A stretch of 64,000 nt of DNA. Source: Macrostomum lignano (taxonomy: Eukaryota). The DNA lies in contig NIVC01002298.1 in NCBI GenBank assembly GCA_002269645.1, positions 62,001 to 126,000 of the forward strand, in the 5' to 3' direction. Every line of letters begins with the position of its first letter. Positions within the stretch are counted from its first letter, which is position 1. The translations under genes and the position numbers were made by a program. Below are positions 52,860 to 64,000 of this stretch, in pieces. Under the pieces are notes generated by a model. That model was not told the DNA's origin, did not search any database, and saw nothing but the letters and a program-made list of their open reading frames with translations.

Positions 52860-55600
52860 TAAATTCCCAAAGTGAAGATATTCACAAATTCACAATGGAA
52901 TGTCACGACAAGTAAAGAAATGAAGTGACACGATGGAAGTTAAGCACAACTGTGGTCGATAGATTATTTCTTGGCACGCTTGAAATGACTCTTCCACATA
53001 TTGATGAAGCTGTTCATTTGGTCGTTGACTTCGCGTCGCTGTTCTGCGGTAAATCCTCTCAGGGTCGCGTGAGTTTTCACATGCGATGAGTAAGCCCGCT
53101 TACTTGGCTTAACTGGGCTCCTGCTCTTTGGTCCGTTGTTTGTCAACAGCTCTTTGATTATCAAATTGATTTTTTGCCCAATGCTCGAGTCCATCTTCCC
53201 AATGGATGCCCTCCGCCTTTTTTAGAATTTCTTCACTTTGGGAATTGCCGCATGTCCGAAGGACTACGCTGACTAGGCTGGCTTTTTCTTTGCTAGATTA
53301 GCCACGTCGGCATCTGACCTGCGGCTGTCGTCAGCACTCCGTCGTCGGGAATTACCACGTGCTGGAGAGGTAAAGCTGACCGTGCTTACTCTTTTGTGTG
53401 CTGGACTAGCCACATCGTCATCTGAGCCGCCGCACTCGTCAGCACTCGTCGTCGGAGCAGACCGGGCTCTCGTTGGGATCAGCAATTACGGCGGATTTGC
53501 CTTTAGAAAAAGAAGAACGTGGCTTTGCCTCGAAGGACGCACTGCTCGATTCTCTTACAGCAGTTTTTTGGCCTTCATGGATGAGACAGAACTTTGAAAC
53601 ACGTTCACAGCCGCATCGCGTCGAGGCTTGTCTTGTACTGTTGGCGACAAGCGGCGAGAACTTGAGGAAGCGACGTTAGCAGCCGCATCGCGTCGAGGCT
53701 TGTCTTGTACTGTTGGCGACAAGCGGCGAGAACCTGAAGAAACGACGTCATCAGCCGCATCGCGTCGAGGCTTGTCTTGTACTGTTGGCGACAAGCGGCG
53801 AGAACCTGAAGAAACGACGTTAGCAGCCGCATCGCATCGCGTCGAGGCTTGTCTTGTACTGTTGGCGACAAGCGGCGAGAACCTGAAGAAACGACGTTAG
53901 CAGCCGCATCGCATCGCGTCGAGGCTTGTCTTGTACTGTTGGCGACAAGCGGCGAGAACCTGAAGAAACGACGTTAGCAGCGTTGAGTGGATACTCCGTT
54001 GGAAGAATTGTTGACGCTGGCCTGAATGAGCCGTCAGAAATAAATTCACTGTCGTGTTGACCCTTAATCTCCGCCCTGGAAAACGAATAATGAAGTACAA
54101 AGCAAAAGATAAAAGAATCAGAAGACAGAAAAGGCAAGTGAAGTACAGGTGTCTAGTTGGTCTGGAGATGGCCTGGTAGGTCTTGAAATCCCACCGCTGC
54201 CACCAGTGAAGTACTTGCTCTTGCCTGTGGTTCTTGACTAGAAGCTTCCGATCCGATAGAGGCGCTGCCACCAATGGAGTGCTGAGGGCCGTCTCGGGTT
54301 GTCTCGGGATGGTCTGGCTGATCTCCTAGCGCTGGGCGATGACCTCTGGTCGGTGGTTTCTTAGTTCTCGTAGCGTAGGTAGTGCTGCCACCAGCTTCGC
54401 AGAGTCGCAGCCTTCGGTGAGGTGCTGAGCTCGTATAAGCAAATAACTAAGACGAGAGAGACAGACTCGCACTTCGTGCAGATTTAGCAGTTCTTGAGCA
54501 GAGGTGTCCGCAGTCAGCAGTCCCTGCCGGGCTAGTGCGGGGTTAGAGCGATGGTGCTAGCTTCGGGCGATCTAAGCTGGCCTGCTAATTCATAGCAGGA
54601 GCAAAGATCAAACCTGCACACAACTGAGAGCCTTGGGCTGAAGGGAATCTCGGAGACTGGTTGAAATAGAGAGGCAGATAAACGCTTGTCTGAGCCAAGC
54701 CATGAGAGGGGCTGCATCTATAGGGAGAATCGTTTGCACCATAGTGAGGTAGGGGCGGAGAAGAAAATAAACTTTGAAATCGGTCAGTTGCTGACACCAA
54801 TGAGATGGGGCGGTTAAACTTTAAATTGCTGCCTGTGTTGTCTCGGCACTCGTAAAGCCGGAAAATTTCACGAACTGATGCGTTTAGCTTCTCCTTTGAT
54901 ACTCCGTCTGCCGGGTCCTCAATTCCTGGGGAGGGTAGTCGTAATTCGCAGTCGAGCAGTCTTTTAACGGCACGGTCGTTCAATTGGGTCCTCAGACGCC
55001 GTAAATTTCGTAAACTGTCGATATGCTCGGTTTGTTACTATCAGTAGTAAAGTAGCGAACACATGGAAACGACAAGCATGAGAGCAAAATTGGTTAAAAC
55101 AAACGTATAAATAGTATTGGACACGACTAATCCCAGGGGGTGGGGCACCGAGTGGGACAGAGAAAGGAGCACCCAAAGGAAAAGGGGAAAAACCGGCCGC
55201 TGGACACAGTAAAACAGACAAGGGATGGGCAGCGATTGGAGCAAACAGGGAAGCAACGGACGGGACAACCAGGGGAACAGTCAAGGGAACAACCGATGAA
55301 AACAATGACGTCAGTCCGTCAGTAGATGGAAAACCGCCTTGTTCGCGCTAGCGACCGCTGTCGTCCTCCGAGTGGTAGACCGGCCTACCACAATAGCACG
55401 AAAGACCCCGCGGAGAGTCATGGGTGACTCTGTTGCTATTTTTAGCAACAAGCGAGCGGGTTCTGCCTCAGGAGGCAGGGGTCCTGGCGCACGTGATGTC
55501 CCATAAACACAAGCCCAGCGTACAATGATAAATCATTGCACTTTGGACTAAAGAAGGAAGCAGGCCCTGTCATGTGACTGGCTCACATGACAGGGGGGAA
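52860..55600 (-). mobile_element. Unclassified, decayed repeat-like element with fragmented minus-strand ORFs and a hairpin-rich leader
   Basis: Broken ORFs (54585-54983, 53555-53794, 53273-53485, 52964-53194), an in-frame 72-bp repeat, a second decayed copy at 50.3-50.6 kb, and hairpins at 55372-55595. No RT, integrase or transposase motif was recognised, so the class and boundaries are unsupported. Confidence 0.35.
53608..53980. repeat. 72-bp tandem repeat (5 copies; two carry a 5-nt GCATC duplication)
   Basis: CCGCATCG recurs at 53611, 53683, 53755, 53827, 53904. Confidence 0.95.
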
Positions 55601-56124
55601 AGGGCCCACAAGTGAAGGCACTCGTGACCTTGGGACCGGAAAACAGGACAGCACTCCAAATTTGGAGATGCCAAACAGAGAACGAAACAGAGGCAGGCCA
55701 GACCAAGCTGTCTGGGCACTGCAAAACGAAAACACGAGACAAAAAGGGGCAAACGAGGACAAACAGACAGACAGGCAAACGGGCAAGGGACAGGCAACTG
55801 CCCAGCGGCAGACAGAAACCTGGGGCGAGGGCGAGGGAAACAGCTGACTAGTGCGGCGCCTAACTAAACTATCGACTCACTACACAAGTGTTTTGCGCAA
55901 GAAATTCATATGACACAATATCTGGCAATACGGAGAGAGAATAGGGTTGGCATAATTTGTTAACAGAAATCACCACAAAATTACCCGAACAACAGTAAAA
56001 ATTCTTCATGTTGACTAAGTGGTAGGAATCTAATCTGTACTACCCAAGATCACTACCCAATGTCTGAAGTTCTGCTAGAAGAGTGTTTTCAAATGCCTCA
56101 GTTTACATGAGTGACGCAAGGCCG

Positions 56125-58590
56125 ACAGGTAGATGCCCAGATACAGATGATGAAAGCCGAAATGTGTCCACAGAAATCACCACAAATGATCTGGATGCTA
56201 TCATGCATTTGGAGTACTTGCAAAGAAGCCGATCTGAACACCCAAAAGTCCATTTAACTCTGCCATTTCTGTTAAAAGTGCCTTTTATCTACGTAACTGG
56301 ACATATATACATGACTCAAATATGGCAGGTGGGTGCCCAGACTCAGTTAGTGAAAGCCGAAATGTGTCCACAGAAATCACCATAAATGATCTGGATGCTA
56401 TCATGCATTTGGAGTACTTGCAAAGAAGCCGATCTGAACACCCAAAAGTCCATTTAACTCTGCCATTTCTGTTAAAAGTGCCTTTTATCTACGTAACTGG
56501 ACATATATACATGACTCAAATATGGCAGGTGGGTGCCCAGACTCAGTTAGTGAAAGCCGAAATGTGTCCACAGAAATCACCACAAATGATCTGGATGCTA
56601 TCATGCATTTGGAGTACTTGCAAAGAAGCCGATCTGAACACCCAAAAGTCCATTTAACTCTGCCATTTCTGTTAAAAGTGCCTTTTATCTACGTAACTGG
56701 ACATATATACATGACTCAAATATGGCAGGTGGGTGCCCAGACTCAGTTAGTGAAAGCCGAAATGTGTCCACAGAAATCACCACAAATGATCTGGATGCTA
56801 TCATGCATTTGGAGTACTTGCAAAGAAGCCGATCTGAACACCCAAAAGTCCATTTAACTCTGCCATTTCTGTTAAAAGTGCCTTTTATCTACGTAACTGG
56901 ACATATATACATGACTCAAATATGGCAGGTGGGTGCCCAGACTCAGTTAGTGAAAGCCGAAATGTGTCCACAGAAATCACCACAAATGATCTGGATGCTA
57001 TCATGCATTTGGAGTACTTGCAAAGAAGCCGATCTGAACACCCAAAAGTCCATTTAACTCTGCCATTTCTGTTAAAAGTGCCTTTTATCTACGTAACTGG
57101 ACATATATACATGACTCAAATATGGCAGGTGGGTGCCCAGACTCAGTTAGTGAAAGCCGAAATGTGTCCACAGAAATCACCACAAATGATCTGGATGCTA
57201 TCATGCATTTGGAGTACTTGCAAAGAAGCCGATCTGAACACCCAAAAGTCCATTTAACTCTGCCATTTCTGTTAAAAGTGCCTTTTATCTACGTAACTGG
57301 ACATATATACATGACTCAAATATGGCAGGTGGGTGCCCAGACTCAGTTAGTGAAAGCCGAAATGTGTCCACAGAAATCACCACAAATGATCTGGATGCTA
57401 TCATGCATTTGGAGTACTTGCAAAGAAGCCGATCTGAACACCCAAAAGTCCATTTAACTCTGCCATTTCTGTTAAAAGTGCCTTTTATCTACGTAACTGG
57501 ACATATATACATGACTCAAATATGGCAGGTGGGTGCCCAGACTCAGTTAGTGAAAGCCGAAATGTGTCCACAGAAATCACCACAAATGATCTGGATGCTA
57601 TCATGCATTTGGAGTACTTGCAAAGAAGCCGATCTGAACACCCAAAAGTCCATTTAACTCTGCCATTTCTGTTAAAAGTGCCTTTTATCTACGTAACTGG
57701 ACATATATACATGACTCAAATATAGCAGGTGGGTGCCCAGACTCAGTTAGTGAAAGCCGAAATGTGTCCACAGAAATCACCACAAATGATCTGGATGCTA
57801 TCATGCATTTGGAGTACTTGCAAAGAAGCCGATCTGAACACCCAAAAGTCCATTTAACTCTGCCATTTCTGTTAAAAGTGCCTTTTATCTACGTAACTGG
57901 ACATATATACATGACTCAAATATGGCAGGTGGGTGCCCAGACTCAGTTAGTGAAAGCCGAAATGTGTCCACAGAAATCACCACAAATGATCTGGATGCTA
58001 TCATGCATTTGGAGTACTTGCAAAGAAGCCGATCTGAACACCCAAAAGTCCATTTAACTCTGCCATTTCTGTTAAAAGTGCCTTTTATCTACGTAACTGG
58101 ACATATATACATGACTCAAATATGGCAGGTGGGTGCCCAGACTCAGTTAGTGAAAGCCGAAATGTGTCCACAGAAATCACCACAAATGATCTGGATGCTA
58201 TCATGCATTTGGAGTACTTGCAAAGAAGCCGATCTGAACACCCAAAAGTCCATTTAACTCTGCCATTTCTGTTAAAAGTGCCTTTTATCTACGTAACTGG
58301 ACATATATACATGACTCAAATATAGCAGGTGGGTGCCCAGACTCAGTTAGTGAAAGCCGAAATGTGTCCACAGAAATCACCACAAATGATCTGGATGCTA
58401 TCATGCATTTGGAGTACTTGCAAAGAAGCCGATCTGAACACCCAAAAGTCCATTTAACTCTGCCATTTCTGTTAAAAGTGCCTTTTATCTACGTAACTGG
58501 ACATATATACATGACTCAAATATGGCAGGTGGGTGCCCAGACTCAGTTAGTGAAAGCCGAAATGTGTCTACAGAAATCACCACAAAATTA
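56125..58590. repeat. 200-bp satellite, 12 nearly identical full copies plus a diverged first unit
   Basis: GAAAGCCGAAATGTGTCCACAG recurs every 200 nt from 56152 to 58552; ORF track repeats at 200-nt period. Confidence 0.98.
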
Positions 58591-58884
58591 TCTGAACAAC
58601 AGTAAACATTCTTCATGTTGACTGAGTGGTAAAAATCCAATAAGTCTGTAAGACCGATGGGTTTAACTTCATTACTTAAAGTTATTATGCTATAGATAAA
58701 ATTTGCATATTTTTATTATATTCATTAGTTATATGTGTCAAGTTTTTAAATAACCATGTAAAAATTTTAATCAACCTTCATTATGACCATAGTAGAAACT
58801 ATGGTTAATAGTTGCTTGTTTTACAACAAATAGTTACATTTACTTTCTATCTGCAGCTTTTTAGACCACCATCAGCTGCTCATC

Positions 58885-61800
58885 ATGTTCTCCTTCCTGC
58901 GCAAACAAGAAGATCATGACTCTGAAACCTTTGACTCTGTGGCCAGTGGCATGAGGAAGATCTATAAAAACAAATTGTTGCCACTTGAGGAAGCCTACAA
59001 GTTCCATGAGTTTCACCAGCCAGCACTGGAGGATGCTGACTTTTACAGGTGAGTCTTTTGGCCGCAGTGCCTGAGTGATTTTAATTAGACAGATTTTTGG
59101 ACTGGCCAATTTTAATATTTTTACTCCTATTCTCAAGGAGGGGATTTTGAGATTTCAAGTTTGAGTTGAATTGGTGAGATTTGGGGTTCTGATTCTCAAA
59201 GGGACATTCGGGTGACTTTTCTAATCTCACATTGAGATTTTTGGGATTCATAACCTCAAATGGAAGATTTTTGGGATTCATTATCTTATTGAGGAGATTT
59301 TTGGGATTCATGATCTCAAATGGAAGATTTTTGGGATTCATTATCTTATTGAGGAGATTTTTGGGATTCATGATCTCAAAAGAGACTTTTTGGGATTCAT
59401 GATCTCAAATGAGAGATTTTTGGGATTCATTATCTTATTGAGAAGATTTTTGGGATTCATGATCTCAAAAGAGACTTTTTGGGATTCATGATCTCAAATG
59501 GGAGATTTTTGGGATTCATTATCTTATTGAGGAGATTTTTGGGATTCATGATCTCAAAAGAGACTTTTTGGGATTCATGATCTCAAATGGGCGATTTTTG
59601 GGATTCATGATCTCAAATGGGAGATTTTGGAAGTCATAATCTCAAATAGGAGATTTTGGGATTCACGATCTCAATGGGGAGATTTTGGGATTCATGATCG
59701 TAAAAGAAGTCCTTGATTCCTAAAACCAACGTGGATGTTTACTGCGAGCTGGGTTTCTTGTTGTGAAAGACTTGCTTTTATATTTTAAATCACCTGTGGA
59801 GGTAGATTTCTGCAGTCTTACTAAATATCTCTCCCATTAATCTGTTGCAGCAAGCCAATGATCCTGCTGGTTGGTCAGTACTCAACAGGCAAGACCACCT
59901 TCATCAAATACCTGCTTGAGACCGATTTCCCCGGCATTCGGATTGGCCCGGAGCCAACTACAGATCGCTTCATTGCCGTGATGCACGATGAGCACGAGGG
60001 AGTTGTGCCCGGCAACGCCCTGGTGGTGGACACCCAGAAGCCCTTCCGGCCGCTGTCTCGGTTCGGCAACGCCTTTCTGAACCGCTTCCAGTGCTCAACT
60101 CTCAATAACGAAGTGCTCAAGTCAATTTCTATTATTGATACTCCCGGGATCTTGTCTGGTAAGTCACTGCTGAAGGAGAAGGGCTTGGGAACTGCTTCAT
60201 GGATCACTGCATGACCGAGTGTATGACCTGCTTCATGGATCACTGCATGACCCAGTGTATGACCTGCTTCATGGATCACTGCATGACCCAGTGTATGACC
60301 TTCATAGATCACTGCATGACCCAGTGTATGACCTTCATAGATCACTGCATGACCCAGTGTATACCTGCTTCATGGATCACTGCATGACCCAGTGTATTAC
60401 CTGCTCCATGGATCACTGTATGACCCAGTGTATACCTGCTTCATGGATCACTGCATGACCCAGTGTATTACCTGCTCCATGGATCACTGTATGACCCAGT
60501 GTATTACCTGCTCCATGGATCACTGTATGACCCAGTGTATGACCTTCATAGATCACTGCATGACCCAGTGTATACCTGCTTCATGGATCACTGTATGACC
60601 CAGTGTATTACATGCTTCATGGATCACTGCATGACCCAGTGTATTACCTGCTCCATGGATCACTGTATGACCCAGTGTATACCTGCTCCATGGACCACTG
60701 TATGACCCAGTGTATGACCTGCTCCATGGATCACTGTATGACCCAGTGTATTACCTGCTCCATGGATCACTGTATGACCCAGTGTATGACCTTCATAGAT
60801 CACTGCATGACCCAGTGTATACCTGCTTCATGGATCACTGTATGACCCAGTGTATTACATGCTTCATGGATCACTGCATGACCCAGTGTATTACCTGCTC
60901 CATGGATCACTGTATGACCCAGTGTATACCTGCTCCATGGACCACTGTATGACCCAGTGTATGACCTGCTCCATGGATCACTGTATAACCCAGTGAATGA
61001 CCTGCTTCATGGACTACTATTAAACCGGCACACCTTAGGCGAGAAGCAGCGGGTGGACCGCGGCTACTCCATGAACGAGGTGATCGAATGGTTCGCCGCC
61101 CGGGTTGACCGGATCGTCCTGCTGTTCGACGCGCACAAGCTGGACATCTCTGACGAGTTCAAGGCCGTCATCGAGAGCATGAAGGGCTACGAGGATAAGA
61201 TTCGGATTGTGCTCAACAAAGCCGATATGATAGACTCGCAACAGCTCATGCGGGTGTACGGAGCGCTCATGTGGAGCTTAGGTAGGCTTGATCCCTGTTG
61301 CGAATTGTAATTTAATCATTCCAAGCCTGCTCATATCTTTGATTCCAGGCCTTTAATGCTATGAGTCTCATTAGACCTCTAATCCTTATTAGGTCTCTAA
61401 TCCTCTGCTCCCCATGCATCTCTAATCCTCTGATCCCCATGGCTCTCTAATCCTCTGATCCCCATGCCTCTCTAATCCTCTGATCCCCATGGCTCTCTAA
61501 TCCTCTGATCCCCATGGCTCTCTAATCCTCTGATCCCCATGCCTCTCTAATCCTCTGATCCCCATGGCTCTCTAATCCTCTGATCCCCATGGCTCTCAAA
61601 TCCTCTGATCCCCATGGCTCTCAAATCCTCTGATCCCCATGCCTCCATAATCCTCTGATCCCCATGGCTCTCTAATCCTCTGATCCCCATGCCTCTATAA
61701 TCCTCTGATCCCCATGGCTCTCAAATCCTCTGATCCCCATGCCTCTCAAATCCTCTCATCCCCATGCCTCTCAAATCCTCTGATCCCCATGCCTCTCAAA

Positions 61801-63911
61801 TCCTCTGATCCCCATGCCTCTCAAATCCTCTCATCCCCATGCCTCTCAAATCCTCTGATCCCCATGGCTCTCAAATCCTCTCATCCCCATGGCTCTCTAA
61901 TCCTCTGATCCCCGTGGCTCTATAATCCTCTGATCCCCATGCCTCTCTAATCCTCTGATCCCCATGGCTCTCTAATCCTCTGATCCCCATGGCTCTCAAA
62001 TCCTCTGATCCCCATGGCTCTCAAATCCTCTGATCCCCATGCCTCTCAAATCCTCTGATCCCCATGGCTCTCTAATCCTCTGATCCCCATGCCTCTATAA
62101 TCCTCTGATCCCCATGGCTCTCAAATCCTCTGATCCCCATGCCTCTCAAATCCTCTCATCCCCATGCCTCTCAAATCCTCTGATCCCCATGCCTCTCAAA
62201 TCCTCTGATCCCCATGCCTCTCAAATCCTCTCATCCCCATGCCTCTCAAATCCTCTGATCCCCATGGCTCTCAAATCCTCTCATCCCCATGGCTCTCTAA
62301 TCCTCTGATCCCCGTGGCTCTATAATCCTCTGATCCCCATGGCTCTCAAATCCTCTGATCCCCATGCCTCTCAAATCCTCTGATCCCCATGGCTCTCAAA
62401 TCCTCTGATCCCCATGGCTCTCAAATCCTCTGATCCCCATGGCTCTAATCCTCTGATCCCCATGCCTCTCTAATCCTCTGATCCCCATGCCTCTCTAATC
62501 CTCTGATCCCGATGCCTCTCAAATCCTCTGATCCCCATGCCTCTAATCCTCTGATCCCCATGGCTCTCAAATCCTCTGATCCCCATGGCTCTCAAATCCT
62601 CTGATCCCCATGGCTCTCAAATCCTCTGATCCTCATGCCTCTCAAATCCTCTGATCCCCATGGCTCTCAAATCCTCTGATCCCCATGGCACTAATCCTCT
62701 GATCCCCATGGCTCTAATCCTCTGATCCCCATGGCTCTATAATCCTCTGATCCCCATGGCTCTCAAATCCTCTGATCCCCATGCCTCTCAAATCCTCTGA
62801 TCCTCATGCCTCTCAAATCCTCTGATCCCCATGCCTCTCAAATCCTCTGATCCCCATGCCTCTAATCCTCTGATCCCCATGGCTCTCAAATCCTCTGATC
62901 CCCATGGCTCTATAATCCTCTGATCCCCATGGCTCTCAAATCCTCTGATCCCCATGGCTCTATAATCCTCTGATCCCCATGGCTCTCAAATCCTCTGATC
63001 CCCATGGCTCTATAATCCTCTGATCCCCATGGCTCTCAAATCCTCTGATCCCCATGGCTCTCAAATCCTCTGATCCTCATGCCTCTCAAATCCTCTGATC
63101 CCCATGGCTCTCAAATCCTCTGATCCCCATGCCTCTAATCCTCTGATCCCCATGGCTCTCAAATCCTCTGATCCCCATGGCTCTATAATCCTCTGATCCC
63201 CATGGCTCTAATCCTCTGATCCCCATGGCTCTCAAATCCTCTGATCCCCATGGCTCTATAATCCTCTGATCCCCATGGCTCTAATCCTCTGATCCCCATG
63301 GCTCTAATCCTCTGATCCTCATGCCTCTCTAATCCTCTGATCCCCATGGCTCTCAAATCCTCTGATCCCCATGCCTCTCCAATCCTCTGATCTCCATGGC
63401 TCCCTAATCCTCTGATCCCCATGCCTCTCCCGCAGGCAAGGTGCTGTACACCCCCGAGGTGGCCCGGGTGTACATCGGCAGTTTCTGGAACGAGCCGCTG
63501 AAGTTCGAGACCAACAAGCGCCTGTTCGAGCTGGAGGCGCAGGACCTGTTCCGCGACCTGCAGTCGCTGCCGCGCAACGCCACGCTGCGCAAGCTCAACG
63601 ACCTGATCAAGCGGGCCCGGCTGGCCAAGACCCACGCCTACATCATCGCCGCACTGCGCAAGGAGATGCCCTCAGTGTTCGGCAAGGACAACAAGAAGAA
63701 GCAGCTGATCCGGGACCTGCAGCAGATCTACACCAACGTGGCCAGGGAGCACAACATCAGCCTGGGGGACCTGCCCAACCTGGCCAGAATGCAGCAGGCT
63801 CTTGAGCACGCCGACTTCTCCAAGTTTCAGCCGTTAAAGGAGCGGCTGATCAACACTGTGGACGCCATGCTTAGCGACGATATCGCTAAGCTGATGCAGC
63901 AGATTCCGCAG
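58885..63911 (+). CDS. EHD1: EH domain-containing protein (EHD1/RME-1/Past1), first four coding exons; continues beyond the window
   Basis: Exons 58885-59048, 59851-60158, 61039-61281, 63436-63911, all GT-AG with matching phases. Motifs: MFSFLRK...LLPLEEAYKFHEFHQPALEDADF, P-loop MILLVGQYSTGKT, IGPEPTTDRF, IIDTPGILSGEKQR, FDAHKLDISDEF, VLNKAD, RVYIGSFW, LNDLIKRARLAK. The EH domain lies past 64000. Acceptor-like CTGCAG at 58851-58856 in the 5'UTR. Confidence 0.96.
59200..59700. repeat. ~29-bp minisatellite (GAGATTTTTGGGATTCATGATCTCAAAT) in EHD intron 1
   Basis: Visible tandem units. Confidence 0.9.
60190..61005. repeat. 36-bp minisatellite (CCTGCTTCATGGATCACTGCATGACCCAGTGTATGA) in EHD intron 2
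   Basis: Visible units; source of the DHCMTQC pseudo-ORFs. Confidence 0.95.
61400..63430. repeat. 25-bp minisatellite (CTCTAATCCTCTGATCCCCATGGCT) filling EHD intron 3
   Basis: About 80 units; a 400-bp internal duplication (identical pseudo-ORFs at 61714 and 62114); the last unit forms the acceptor tract. Confidence 0.97.
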
Positions 63912-64000
63912 GTGGGCAGGCAGCTTCACTGAGCTTGATTTGCATCCTTATATCCCGTATCCCATTAGATCTCATTGAAATCCCACTTCTCCCTGAGAAA

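Noticed and set aside
56083-58621. CRISPR-like periodicity and repeated 111-aa ORFs
   Set aside because: Entire 200-bp units are identical (no unique spacers), there are no cas genes, and the context is eukaryotic; the ORFs simply follow the period.
59081-61000. MNPKNL and DHCMTQC repeat ORFs
   Set aside because: Minisatellites within EHD introns 1 and 2.

Overview
Eukaryotic (invertebrate) genomic DNA with GC3-rich exons and introns filled with many unrelated minisatellites. The style resembles the free-living flatworm Macrostomum (inference, not proven). I could reconstruct five genes. (1) An 11-exon, 5'-truncated Nanchung/OCR-type TRPV channel (533-9834, +). (2) An intronless DHCR24 sterol delta-24 reductase (6712-8247, +) nested on the same strand inside the TRPV intron 6263-8969. 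(3) A 3-exon LMO4-like LIM-only gene (12237-22740, +) with a 1-nt frameshift in a G run of its last exon. (4) A probable single-exon two-TM orphan gene (44092-44790, -). (5) The first four coding exons of an EHD/RME-1/Past1 gene (58885-63911, +, 3'-truncated). Between LMO4 and the orphan lies a ~21 kb gene-free, TAATTA-rich region carrying a dead D34D mariner with TIRs and TA target duplication, a 24-bp satellite present in both orientations, and many other tandem arrays. From 48.6 to 58.6 kb there is an AT-rich domain, an unclassified decayed minus-strand element with a cluster of perfect hairpins, and a 12 x 200-bp satellite. The strongest unexpected signals are the same-strand nested DHCR24 and a duplicated segment (50292-50627 vs 54742-55057) in which all 19 CpGs I aligned by eye are lost in one copy, almost all to TpG/CpA, which is the footprint of germline cytosine methylation. 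No rRNA, tRNA or CRISPR array was found. Most long ORFs in the supplied track are repeat artefacts.
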